Origin: an uncultured virus (IMG/VR IMGVR_UViG_3300034073_003178)
Taxonomy: Duplodnaviria; Heunggongvirae; Uroviricota; Caudoviricetes
Direction: 5' to 3' (one strand)
Length of the DNA: 64,000 bases
Virus record (IMG/VR): IMGVR_UViG_3300034073_003178
Location: 1 to 64,000 of that record
Made by a program: the position numbers and the translations under genes. Positions 8,759 through 17,011 of this stretch are shown one piece after another; within the stretch, counting starts at the first letter, position 1; each line of letters begins with the position of its first letter. Under the pieces are notes generated by a model, which ran no database searches, was not told where the DNA came from, and worked only from the letters and a program-made list of their open reading frames with translations.

Positions 8759-9526
8759 TCATCCAAATAAAACTCTTCTAAAATCTATGTTATTATTAAT
8801 TCTAACAACAAAATTAAATCTTTTTAAAGGGACATTTGTAACCTTAAGATATTCACTAAGCATGATTTCTGGTTGAAATGGGCAATCATGCAATTTTAGT
8901 AAATTATTATACAGGTTTGAATATATGTCCATTGAAAAAGAAGATCCTAATGCGAATTGATCATTTATTCCTCCACACCAATCCTCACCATCTGGAATGT
9001 AAAGAGCATCTGTCATTTCACTGACATCTAATGTTTTACCCTCAAAATCACTATCAAATCTCATTCTTATTACACAATCAAAAAGCATATTGTTTTCAGT
9101 TTCATATTGTCTTTTTAATTCATTCGCTTTAAATATAGAATAATGCATACTTAATGGCCCAATATCTTTTCTTGGGTATATTAATTCATGTGTATCTACA
9201 TTTTTATTGTACCATTTCCTAGTTATTAAAGATTTTGGAGGTAATCTATTGTAGATTAGTTCAAAATCACTCTTTTTTGTATCATAATTTTCTATCAATA
9301 TTTTTTCATAATCAAATAAATCTATAATATTTGGAGATGTTTCTATGATTTTATCTAATTCTTTATGTTGGTATCCAAAAACAGTATTTAAGAATCCATC
9401 AAAATTTTTTATTTTCCAAGTATGAATAAAAATTTTGATATCATCATTTGGTATAATATTTTCAATACTTTTAACTGCTATATGGGGATATCGCACACCA
9501 CCAGAAATACATAATGCTATTTTCAT
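8759..9526 (-). CDS. Putative glycosyltransferase-like protein, paralog of 13132..13845
   Basis: KIALCISG, IFIHTW, SMHYSI, VIRMRFD, INDQFA and PE motifs; glycan-cluster context. Confidence 0.6.
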   Translation of the reverse strand: MKIALCISGGVRYPHIAVKSIENIIPNDDIKIFIHTWKIKNFDGFLNTVFGYQHKELDKIIETSPNIIDLFDYEKILIENYDTKKSDFELIYNRLPPKSLITRKWYNKNVDTHELIYPRKDIGPLSMHYSIFKANELKRQYETENNMLFDCVIRMRFDSDFEGKTLDVSEMTDALYIPDGEDWCGGINDQFALGSSFSMDIYSNLYNNLLKLHDCPFQPEIMLSEYLKVTNVPLKRFNFVVRINNNIDFRRVLFG

Positions 9527-9596
9527 ATAATGCTTCTATAAAAAGGTTTTCTCATAACATTTAGTTCAGTTAAATTTCTCCAGATGTATAAGAATT

Positions 9597-10802
9597 TTAA
9601 TATTCATTTCTAGTTAATATTAATATCCAACTATTTGGATAAATTCCATTTCCCATGATATGATGAGTATTAATTTTTTTTATTGAATCATAAAACTTAT
9701 TATGCCCATATAGATTGATTTCTTCCATATAAGATTCAAAAGAATCCTCAGAAAGTAAACCTTCAATTATCAATATTCCACCGGGATTTAGATACTTATA
9801 AGCATTTCTAATAATTTTAATTCTAGACCAAAATGTATGATCAGAATCATCTATTAAGATATCAAATTTGGAATTGGATTTTTCAAATGCTTCACAAATT
9901 GATACTTCACTAGTTGCATCCATATAATCATATGAAGTATCTGGAAGATTATCTTCTTTTGCGCTTTGAAGTAAACTACTATCATTATCCCATCCATAAA
10001 GATGAGCATTAGAGAAGTATTCTCTCCAAATTTTCATTGATGAGTTTTTGTATATTCCAATTTCTCCAAAATTAATCTGTTTGTATTTGAATGGAGAAAA
10101 TAGAAGATTATAAAATGATGTGCAATAATTGGAATCTTTTTTAAATGAAAGTGTAGCGATGTATAGATTTACATTTTCCTGATAAAAACCTTGATGATGA
10201 GGTTGCTCGTATTCTTTTCTATACCTACTTGTTAACTTTAGTCCTGAAGATTCTACGATTTTAATTATATTTTCAGGTGAAATAAATTCACCAGGATCTG
10301 GAGATAAGGTGACATCAGTGGAAATAAGTAATCTTCCGTTTGGTTTTAAGACTCTATGAACTTCATCTGCAACATTTTTCCATCCCCAATTTTCAATACC
10401 ATCTCCCCATGTAGGATTGAAACAGTGTACTGAGCAAGAATCAATTATAACATCTACACTCTCCGGTTCCATTTGCTTTAGTTCATATAAAGCATCACCA
10501 AGAACCATTTTTGCTAATCCTTTTGGACACCAATGATCAACACTCATAAGATCTATTCCAGTCACATCATTGCCCCAACTTGCAATGATGTGAGGAATTA
10601 CTCCATTTGCAGATCCTAAGTCAATTACGGTTAAATTATTTTTTCCGATTGACTTGAATTCTTGTAATAATGACACCCATTTGACAATGGCTGCATCCTT
10701 GTCCCAAAATTCTCCCCGAAAACCTTTTTCAGGCCATTTTTCTTTTTTTAGTATATCCTTACAGATAGAAACATCCTTAGATGTAATTAACTTATTGTAC
10801 AT
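9597..10802 (-). CDS. Tandem two-domain class I SAM methyltransferase
   Basis: Domain 1: VIDLGSANG and VHRVLKPNG. Domain 2: FGEIGI, YGWD, FDILIDDSDH and LNPGGILIIE. Confidence 0.8.
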   Translation of the reverse strand: MYNKLITSKDVSICKDILKKEKWPEKGFRGEFWDKDAAIVKWVSLLQEFKSIGKNNLTVIDLGSANGVIPHIIASWGNDVTGIDLMSVDHWCPKGLAKMVLGDALYELKQMEPESVDVIIDSCSVHCFNPTWGDGIENWGWKNVADEVHRVLKPNGRLLISTDVTLSPDPGEFISPENIIKIVESSGLKLTSRYRKEYEQPHHQGFYQENVNLYIATLSFKKDSNYCTSFYNLLFSPFKYKQINFGEIGIYKNSSMKIWREYFSNAHLYGWDNDSSLLQSAKEDNLPDTSYDYMDATSEVSICEAFEKSNSKFDILIDDSDHTFWSRIKIIRNAYKYLNPGGILIIEGLLSEDSFESYMEEINLYGHNKFYDSIKKINTHHIMGNGIYPNSWILILTRNEY

Positions 10803-10813
10803 TTTTTAATAGA

Positions 10814-12052
10814 TCAAAAATCAAGAACCCATTCAGGAAGAGAACCGCCGCCAGTTTCATATCCCCACTTATCTATGGCATCACGAAACTCTTTACCTGG
10901 AGTCTTATCAATTGCCTGACGCATTGCTAAAGCACCCGATAAAGTGCCTCCTGGATGACCATGAACCGCTCCACCACAATTAGCAAGAAAGTCAGTGCCA
11001 AACTTTTCTGCTGTAGTATTTACAATACCAGGATGCATACCACAACTTAGTGCGGGAAGCACATTTCTCTTATGTAGTGTTGCCATTGTCTGACGAAGTT
11101 CATCTTCATCATCACTTAAGTATCCACCCCACATTCCTGCATGAATTGTATCTACACCGCAAAGTCCTGCAAGATCACAGAGAACATCCCAATCAATACC
11201 AAATGCATGTCTCTTATCGGTAAGAATCTTATCACCACTCTTTTGATAATGAACAAATAAAGGTAGATCCATTTTTCTTACAGAATTATAAACTCCTAGA
11301 CCACTCCAGAAGTTAATATGAATACCATTACCACCATTTTCTGCAACAAACTTAGCACGATCAAGAATTGTATGATGATCTCCATTAATACAGAAGCAAT
11401 AGATCACTCCCCTTCCACAATTATTGACAATGTTGGAAATCAATTCTACACGATCCTCAAGACGGCAAAATGAAGGATTGGCAAGAATCTCATCTTCTTT
11501 AATGAAATCAACTCCACCATCCAGAAGTTCTTTGACCATTTCTGATAGAGTTTGTGGAGAAATGCCTGTTTTTGGTTTTACGATTGCCCCAGAAAGTGGT
11601 TTGTCATAGCGATTAACAAACTTACGAATTCCATCAATACCATTCTTAGGCCCTAGGAATTGTGCTTCCACATCGGCAGGAAATTCAAGTTTACGAAGAC
11701 GGCAAACTTTAAATACATCAATATCTAATTGACCTCCCATCAATTGACAAAGAAGATGTGAGATACCATCACCTTCCCAATCAGTATTTACTTTAGGAAA
11801 TCCAATTTTAACTTCCCCTTCAGTCAACTGAGAAAGTTCATTTTCATCAGCATAGATGACACAAGATGAAAGTTCAAAAAGTTCATCATTTTCCCAGCGA
11901 TTACGAACTTTTGGATTCCCTACACTTTGTCCAATTGCGAGATTCCAAGCCGCATCTTTTAATGTGCCAATATTTGAATATGATTCAATATAATAAGTTG
12001 CAATTACACAACGATTTTTTTCATATTCAGTTAGTTCTCTAAAGAATTTCAT
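10814..12052 (-). CDS. RuBisCO-like protein (form IV RLP)
   Basis: RuBisCO large-subunit signatures: GPKNGIDGIR, GAIVKPKTG, GGVDFIKEDEIL, GVDTIHAG, LPALSCG and GGAVHGHPGG..GALAMRQA. Confidence 0.92.
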   Translation of the reverse strand: MKFFRELTEYEKNRCVIATYYIESYSNIGTLKDAAWNLAIGQSVGNPKVRNRWENDELFELSSCVIYADENELSQLTEGEVKIGFPKVNTDWEGDGISHLLCQLMGGQLDIDVFKVCRLRKLEFPADVEAQFLGPKNGIDGIRKFVNRYDKPLSGAIVKPKTGISPQTLSEMVKELLDGGVDFIKEDEILANPSFCRLEDRVELISNIVNNCGRGVIYCFCINGDHHTILDRAKFVAENGGNGIHINFWSGLGVYNSVRKMDLPLFVHYQKSGDKILTDKRHAFGIDWDVLCDLAGLCGVDTIHAGMWGGYLSDDEDELRQTMATLHKRNVLPALSCGMHPGIVNTTAEKFGTDFLANCGGAVHGHPGGTLSGALAMRQAIDKTPGKEFRDAIDKWGYETGGGSLPEWVLDF

Positions 12053-12375
12053 GATTCAACCTCAAATTTATCAGATGGAATAGACGGAATTTTAACTACC
12101 ACTAAGGTACAATCTTCAAGAAAAATTGGATCAGCAACTTCTCCTTTTTCAAATACAAATACATCCCCACTATTTAACTCATTTCCCTGAATGATCATTT
12201 TACCGGAAATAAGAACATTATATTCTATACTTTCCTTATGATAGTGAGGAGACCAATATTCATCCTTTTTATGTTGTAGAATACCAACCTCAAAATCTTT
12301 GGTTTTAAACAGAGATGGTTCAAAATCTCCAATGAACCATCCACGAACATAATCAGTAATTTTTGTTATATTCAT
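12049..12375 (-). CDS. Cupin-fold protein
   Basis: GWFIGDFEPS, PHYHKESIEYNVLISG and GDVFVFEKGE (cupin metal motifs). ATGA-coupled to the RLP. Confidence 0.8.
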   Translation of the reverse strand: MNITKITDYVRGWFIGDFEPSLFKTKDFEVGILQHKKDEYWSPHYHKESIEYNVLISGKMIIQGNELNSGDVFVFEKGEVADPIFLEDCTLVVVKIPSIPSDKFEVES

Positions 12376-13087
12376 ATTTTTTTAAATAATAATTTAAATC
12401 TTCTGGGACACCGACAGGATTATGTTGCCAAGTTGGGATTTGATGTATTCCAACTTTTCGGCCAAAATGTTTAATCATATAATTGTATGTTGGTCCAACA
12501 TAGTATTCGCCATTAGGTGCTGTATCTTCAAACTGAATCATTTCTTGAGCACTTTCAACAAAGTAAAATCCTTTTCTCCAATAATGAATTCCGTTAAGAG
12601 ATATGTTGCTAATGACCTCCTTCTCTTTCACCTCCAATACTAACCCATCTCTATCAATTTTGCAATAGCTGTTTTTGGGCGTGTCCGTTTCATAGGTGAC
12701 TATGACTCCATCATACTTATAGTATCTTGCCGTTTGCAGAAATAATCCAGAATCCCACCACATTATTTGATCACAATTCGCAATAACCAATTCAGTATTA
12801 TTATTAATTTCAGTTTCAAATAATAATGCACTACATGCTGGTCCTTTTGTAGTCTCATCAACTGTGATTATCTTACAATCTGGAACTATTTTTTTAAGCA
12901 ATTCGTATATTTGAAAATAAAATGAATCTTGCCGAATTACAAAATGATATTTACCATCAAGATTCATAGATTCAATTGCACATTGAATCATTGGTTTACC
13001 TTCAATTTCAATCAGTGGTTTAGGTAGATGGTATTTGTCTCTTGGAAATCTAGTTCCTTCTCCAGCCATCGGTATGACAATGTTCAT
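12353..13087 (-). CDS. Sugar-phosphate nucleotidyltransferase (NTP_transferase family)
   Basis: MNIVIPMAGEGTRF..PKPLI, TKGPACS, IANCDQ, EKEVIS, NGEYYV and GVPEDL motifs. Confidence 0.88.
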   Translation of the reverse strand: MNIVIPMAGEGTRFPRDKYHLPKPLIEIEGKPMIQCAIESMNLDGKYHFVIRQDSFYFQIYELLKKIVPDCKIITVDETTKGPACSALLFETEINNNTELVIANCDQIMWWDSGLFLQTARYYKYDGVIVTYETDTPKNSYCKIDRDGLVLEVKEKEVISNISLNGIHYWRKGFYFVESAQEMIQFEDTAPNGEYYVGPTYNYMIKHFGRKVGIHQIPTWQHNPVGVPEDLNYYLKKYEYNKNY

Positions 13088-13131
13088 AAAACCTCATTTA
13101 TTTTGTGTAAAATTTAATATCTAATAAAGTC

Positions 13132-13845
13132 TCATCTATTATTAATAACAACTCTAAAATCAAATCTATTTACTGCTATGTTGTACATTTCAAAGTATTT
13201 GCGAAGCATAGTTTCTGGATGATATTGAACATCTCTAATTTTATCAATATGATTATATAAATTAGAATACAAATTCATTGCATCTGAAGATCCTACAGCA
13301 AACTGATCATTAATGCCACCACACCAATCTTCTCCTCTTGGAATATTGATTCCATTTGGAATGTTGTTTAGATGTAATTCATTTCCTCCAAAGTTACTAT
13401 CAAATCTCATTCTAATCACTTTATCAAATATCATATTATTTTCTTTTTCATAATCACATTTTAATTGATTGCTTTTATAAATTGAATAGTGCATACTAAT
13501 TGGTCCAACATCATGCCTTGGAACTATACATGCCCCTTGCTGAAATGGGAGAAGATTTATAGAATTATGAATTGCTTCAAATTCAGAATGCTTAGATTCA
13601 TCATAATCTTCTATTAAAAGTTTTTCGTAATTGTAATGTTCTAAAAAATTAAATTGAGTTTCAAAAATGTTATCTGGTTCTTTACTTTGTAATCCAAAAA
13701 TAGTTTTTAAAAAACTTTCTGTATCTACAATTTTCCAAGTATGAATAAAGATTTTGATACAATCATTAGGAACTATTTTTTTAATACTTTCTAGACCTAT
13801 ATGAGGATATCTTATATTTCCTGAAATGCAAATTGCTACTTTCAT
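13132..13845 (-). CDS. Putative glycosyltransferase-like protein, paralog of 8759..9526
   Basis: Shares KVAICISG, IFIHTWKI, GPxSMHYSI, VIRMRFDS and GEDWCGGINDQFA with 8759..9526. Confidence 0.6.
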   Translation of the reverse strand: MKVAICISGNIRYPHIGLESIKKIVPNDCIKIFIHTWKIVDTESFLKTIFGLQSKEPDNIFETQFNFLEHYNYEKLLIEDYDESKHSEFEAIHNSINLLPFQQGACIVPRHDVGPISMHYSIYKSNQLKCDYEKENNMIFDKVIRMRFDSNFGGNELHLNNIPNGINIPRGEDWCGGINDQFAVGSSDAMNLYSNLYNHIDKIRDVQYHPETMLRKYFEMYNIAVNRFDFRVVINNR

Positions 13846-14834
13846 TTAAAAATAAAATCTCTTATAAAATTTTTAGATGCTTTAACCAAATATGCGGCAT
13901 TATCTTGATATCCAAAGGTTATTAGATAATCATTTTTATATTCTGCCATTCCTACAGCAAATTCAATTTCTGCATTTATAAAAGAAAATTGTTTAGACAC
14001 TTTTACGATATTCCAATCTTTGTCCCATACAACAAAACGATGACGATAAACTCCATCTTTTCTACCTGCAGGACTTTTTGTAAGATATGTTTCATGAGTT
14101 AAGCAAAATCTATAATCATCTCCAAGAGGAATAATCTGAGAACCACCTCTTAAATCAATAGTTCCAAAATCTTTCCAATCTTTTTTTATAATACTGGTAG
14201 TAGTGTTACTTTCAATGTCATATTTTACGATTTCAGTTCCATTTGTCCATTTTACATAATGATATGGCATGTCAAGAATAGGCATCCAATTCTTATTGCA
14301 ATATTCTTCGTCTGGAGGTGGAGCAGGAATGCGATGTTGATTAATTTCTTTTACACCATTCTCCGTAATTTCTAGTTCGGAAAGTTCCATTCTTCCCGTT
14401 CCAATTGTATCTAAATCTCTTCTCACTCCAGTTATGTAAAGTTTGTCGTTCCAACGGACAATACGACAGTCTTCTAATCCAACAAAATCCCACAACTCTT
14501 TATCTGGGAACTTTGAAGTATCAATATAATGATATTTTTTAATTCTCATATCATCATCCATTTCGCACATAATATTCCATGTGCGGAGATGCATATCATT
14601 TTCTGGATGAATATAAACTAAAGGTCCCCAAGGGTGTTCAAATTTTTTCTTTTCTGAATGATATAGTGTATAATTGATATTTCTGAGATTTACTAAAATC
14701 TTATCTCCATCAATGTAAACCGAAGGATTTGTAAGTGCCGGCCCTTTTAGTTCATTTGATGGAATAATTAAAGGATAAATGCTTCCTCCATTTTGGAGAG
14801 CAATTTTGACGAAGTTCATTTCATCTGCTGTCAT
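13842..14834 (-). CDS. Beta-propeller glycoside hydrolase/phosphorylase-like protein (GH130-like)
   Basis: NPSV, GLEDCRI, KNWMP, LRGGSQ, YRHRF, IEFAVG and FGYQD motifs. Confidence 0.65.
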   Translation of the reverse strand: MTADEMNFVKIALQNGGSIYPLIIPSNELKGPALTNPSVYIDGDKILVNLRNINYTLYHSEKKKFEHPWGPLVYIHPENDMHLRTWNIMCEMDDDMRIKKYHYIDTSKFPDKELWDFVGLEDCRIVRWNDKLYITGVRRDLDTIGTGRMELSELEITENGVKEINQHRIPAPPPDEEYCNKNWMPILDMPYHYVKWTNGTEIVKYDIESNTTTSIIKKDWKDFGTIDLRGGSQIIPLGDDYRFCLTHETYLTKSPAGRKDGVYRHRFVVWDKDWNIVKVSKQFSFINAEIEFAVGMAEYKNDYLITFGYQDNAAYLVKASKNFIRDFIFK

Positions 14835-14856
14835 AAAAAATATGAATAATTTTAGA

Positions 14857-14878
14857 TATTTATTTTCCTATTATAGCA
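14857..14878 (-). promoter_or_regulatory. Tandem promoter elements for the glycan island: extended -10 plus T4-like late motif
   Basis: TGCTATAAT (14870-14878) and ATAAATA (14857-14863) upstream of the ATG at 14834. Confidence 0.55.
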
Positions 14879-14883
14879 CGGTT

Positions 14884-15618
14884 TTAAAATAATGTAGAAA
14901 ATGAGTATCCAGCAGCAGGAGGCCTCGGGCCGCCAAAAGATGCAACAATCAAAGAATGACGAGCATTAATCGCAGAAGTCGTAGCGTCAAAACCACCAGT
15001 AGGATCTCCTAACACATTAGTTCTAGCAACGGCAATAGAACCGTCAGCACCTGAAGTAGATGTTTGCTCACCAATTTCAGTCATCGCAGTTGGACCAGTT
15101 GTATAATCCTGAGAACTCCAAGTAACTTCCTGACCACCAATACATAACATAATTTCCAAATAATCATCAGGAGTATCAGTTAAAAAACTCCTAGTATATC
15201 CACCAGTAGTCACATTTCCCGATGCACCAGTCGCAAGAGTGTTCACAGAACTTCCTGCTACAGGATTTATAAGGTCTTGTCCCGTGATTCTCACTACATA
15301 ACCAAAAGCAAGGTCGGGAAATTGTTCTCCAGTTACTGCGCCAAATATAAAACTTGGGTTTGTTGCACCCCTTTTAATCCACGCCATTAAACCAGAACCA
15401 ATTGCCTGGTTGTTTGTATTCTCATTTCCAGTTACAAGGGTCCTTTCTATAATCTGCCAATCAGCAGGAAGTGAAGGTGTTGTTGCTCCACGAAATGATA
15501 TACAAGCAACTAAAAGGTCATCAGTTGTTAATCCAGCAGGAGCATTAAGTGTTAGAGAACCATTAGTTGTGGTTGTCTTTGTTGCTACTGTAGATATTGC
15601 TTGATATGCGATTGCCAT
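14884..15618 (-). CDS. Putative virion or tail-fibre accessory protein (beta-rich)
   Basis: T/G/A/S-rich 244-aa ORF at the end of the fibre cluster. Confidence 0.6.
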   Translation of the reverse strand: MAIAYQAISTVATKTTTTNGSLTLNAPAGLTTDDLLVACISFRGATTPSLPADWQIIERTLVTGNENTNNQAIGSGLMAWIKRGATNPSFIFGAVTGEQFPDLAFGYVVRITGQDLINPVAGSSVNTLATGASGNVTTGGYTRSFLTDTPDDYLEIMLCIGGQEVTWSSQDYTTGPTAMTEIGEQTSTSGADGSIAVARTNVLGDPTGGFDATTSAINARHSLIVASFGGPRPPAAGYSFSTLF

Positions 15619-15622
15619 AATA

Positions 15623-17011
15623 TTATCTTGGTACTAAACGAAGTGCTACCGTAACTCTTGTAACTGTGGTTGCACTATCAACTTGAAATTCTAACACGTC
15701 TCTAGCAGAAAGTGTAGTCGTCCAAGAAGATAAAGTAAGGTCTTCTGCTTTTTGTGCTGAAGATAGTGTTGGAAGTTCTGTTCCTGCGATAGAAGCAGTT
15801 GTTGGGAAGTTTGTATAAGTTGCTCTGTTTACATCAACCACAATACTTCCTGATTGGTCGGCAATAATAGTCCAACCCGTAACTGTATAATCACCATCTA
15901 ATACAATATGTCCCTTAATACCTGTAGTAATTGCAGAACCACCACCATCAATTACAAAATTCAGAGTTCTTGTATTAGAAACAAATGAGGCATTTTGCGA
16001 AGCATCAAATTGTAAAACTTCATCAGCGGCACCATTTGCAGCAGGAAGAGTGATAGTGTAGTTTGATGTGATTGATGCCGGAGCAGTAATGGCAGCAAAG
16101 TTAGAATTATCTGCATCCATAAAATGTAATGGGGCATCATCAAGAATTCTTACAAATCCAGTTCCGTTTGGATTTAAATCAATATTTCCATTTGTGTTTG
16201 TAGATGAAACCTCGTTACCATTGATGTTAATGTTATCAACCTGTAAAGAACCTAAAGTTCCTACAGAAGTCAAGGAAGAATTGACAACTCCACTTCCTAA
16301 AGTTGTTGCAGTTAAAACTGGAGTACCATTAATTTCATAATCCCCTCCAGTTGCTACATTAACTCCACCCGTAACGGAAAGAATATCAGTAGTCTTATTA
16401 TAAGTTAATCCAGCATCACCACCAAATACTCCAGCATCATTAAACTGAACTTGAGTATCAGAACCACCAGGATTTCCACTAGTTCCTGAATTATCATCTG
16501 CCCAAGTTAAAGAAGCAGTATTTGCCGTTGGTGTTGGGGAAGAAGCAATTTTAAGAACCTGTCCTGCTGTTCCAACTGTATCGGGAAGAATATAAGAACG
16601 ATTGCCAGCAACGGTAGAAGATGCCGCAAACCCAACATAGTTAGAATTATCACTATCTCCAAATCTTAATGCTGCGGCAGAAGAAACATAAAGATTAGTT
16701 CCGTCAGTTGTTACGGCAGCACCAGCAAAAGCACCACCGTTATTATACTGAATTTGATTTGTAGAACCACCAGGAGAAGCAGAAACTGCTGCCCAACTTG
16801 TGGTTCCTGAACCATCAGTTTTTAAATAATAATCAGGTGTTCCATCATCTGCTGGTAGTGTGAATGTATAAGCAGTTCCTACAGTATCAGGAACCTTAAT
16901 ATCAATATGTGAATTCTCATCAGCATCTAATAATCTTATTTTTGCTCCTGTGTTTCCTACACCAAGAACTTCTGGATTTTTAAGTATTTGACCTCTTGAT
17001 AATTCCGCCAT
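15623..17011 (-). CDS. Tail fibre protein
   Basis: Repeated fibre motifs (FTLPADDG..LKTDGSG..W, PGGSxxQxQxN..F.G, VVNSSLTSVGTL). The probable start MAELS at 17011 has a TAATG overlap. Confidence 0.75.
   Translation of the reverse strand: MAELSRGQILKNPEVLGVGNTGAKIRLLDADENSHIDIKVPDTVGTAYTFTLPADDGTPDYYLKTDGSGTTSWAAVSASPGGSTNQIQYNNGGAFAGAAVTTDGTNLYVSSAAALRFGDSDNSNYVGFAASSTVAGNRSYILPDTVGTAGQVLKIASSPTPTANTASLTWADDNSGTSGNPGGSDTQVQFNDAGVFGGDAGLTYNKTTDILSVTGGVNVATGGDYEINGTPVLTATTLGSGVVNSSLTSVGTLGSLQVDNININGNEVSSTNTNGNIDLNPNGTGFVRILDDAPLHFMDADNSNFAAITAPASITSNYTITLPAANGAADEVLQFDASQNASFVSNTRTLNFVIDGGGSAITTGIKGHIVLDGDYTVTGWTIIADQSGSIVVDVNRATYTNFPTTASIAGTELPTLSSAQKAEDLTLSSWTTTLSARDVLEFQVDSATTVTRVTVALRLVPR

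Noticed and set aside
10814..12052. True CO2-fixing RuBisCO (rbcL/cbbM)
   Set aside because: Equivalents of K334, R295, E60 and N123 are substituted, and no rbcS or prk is present.
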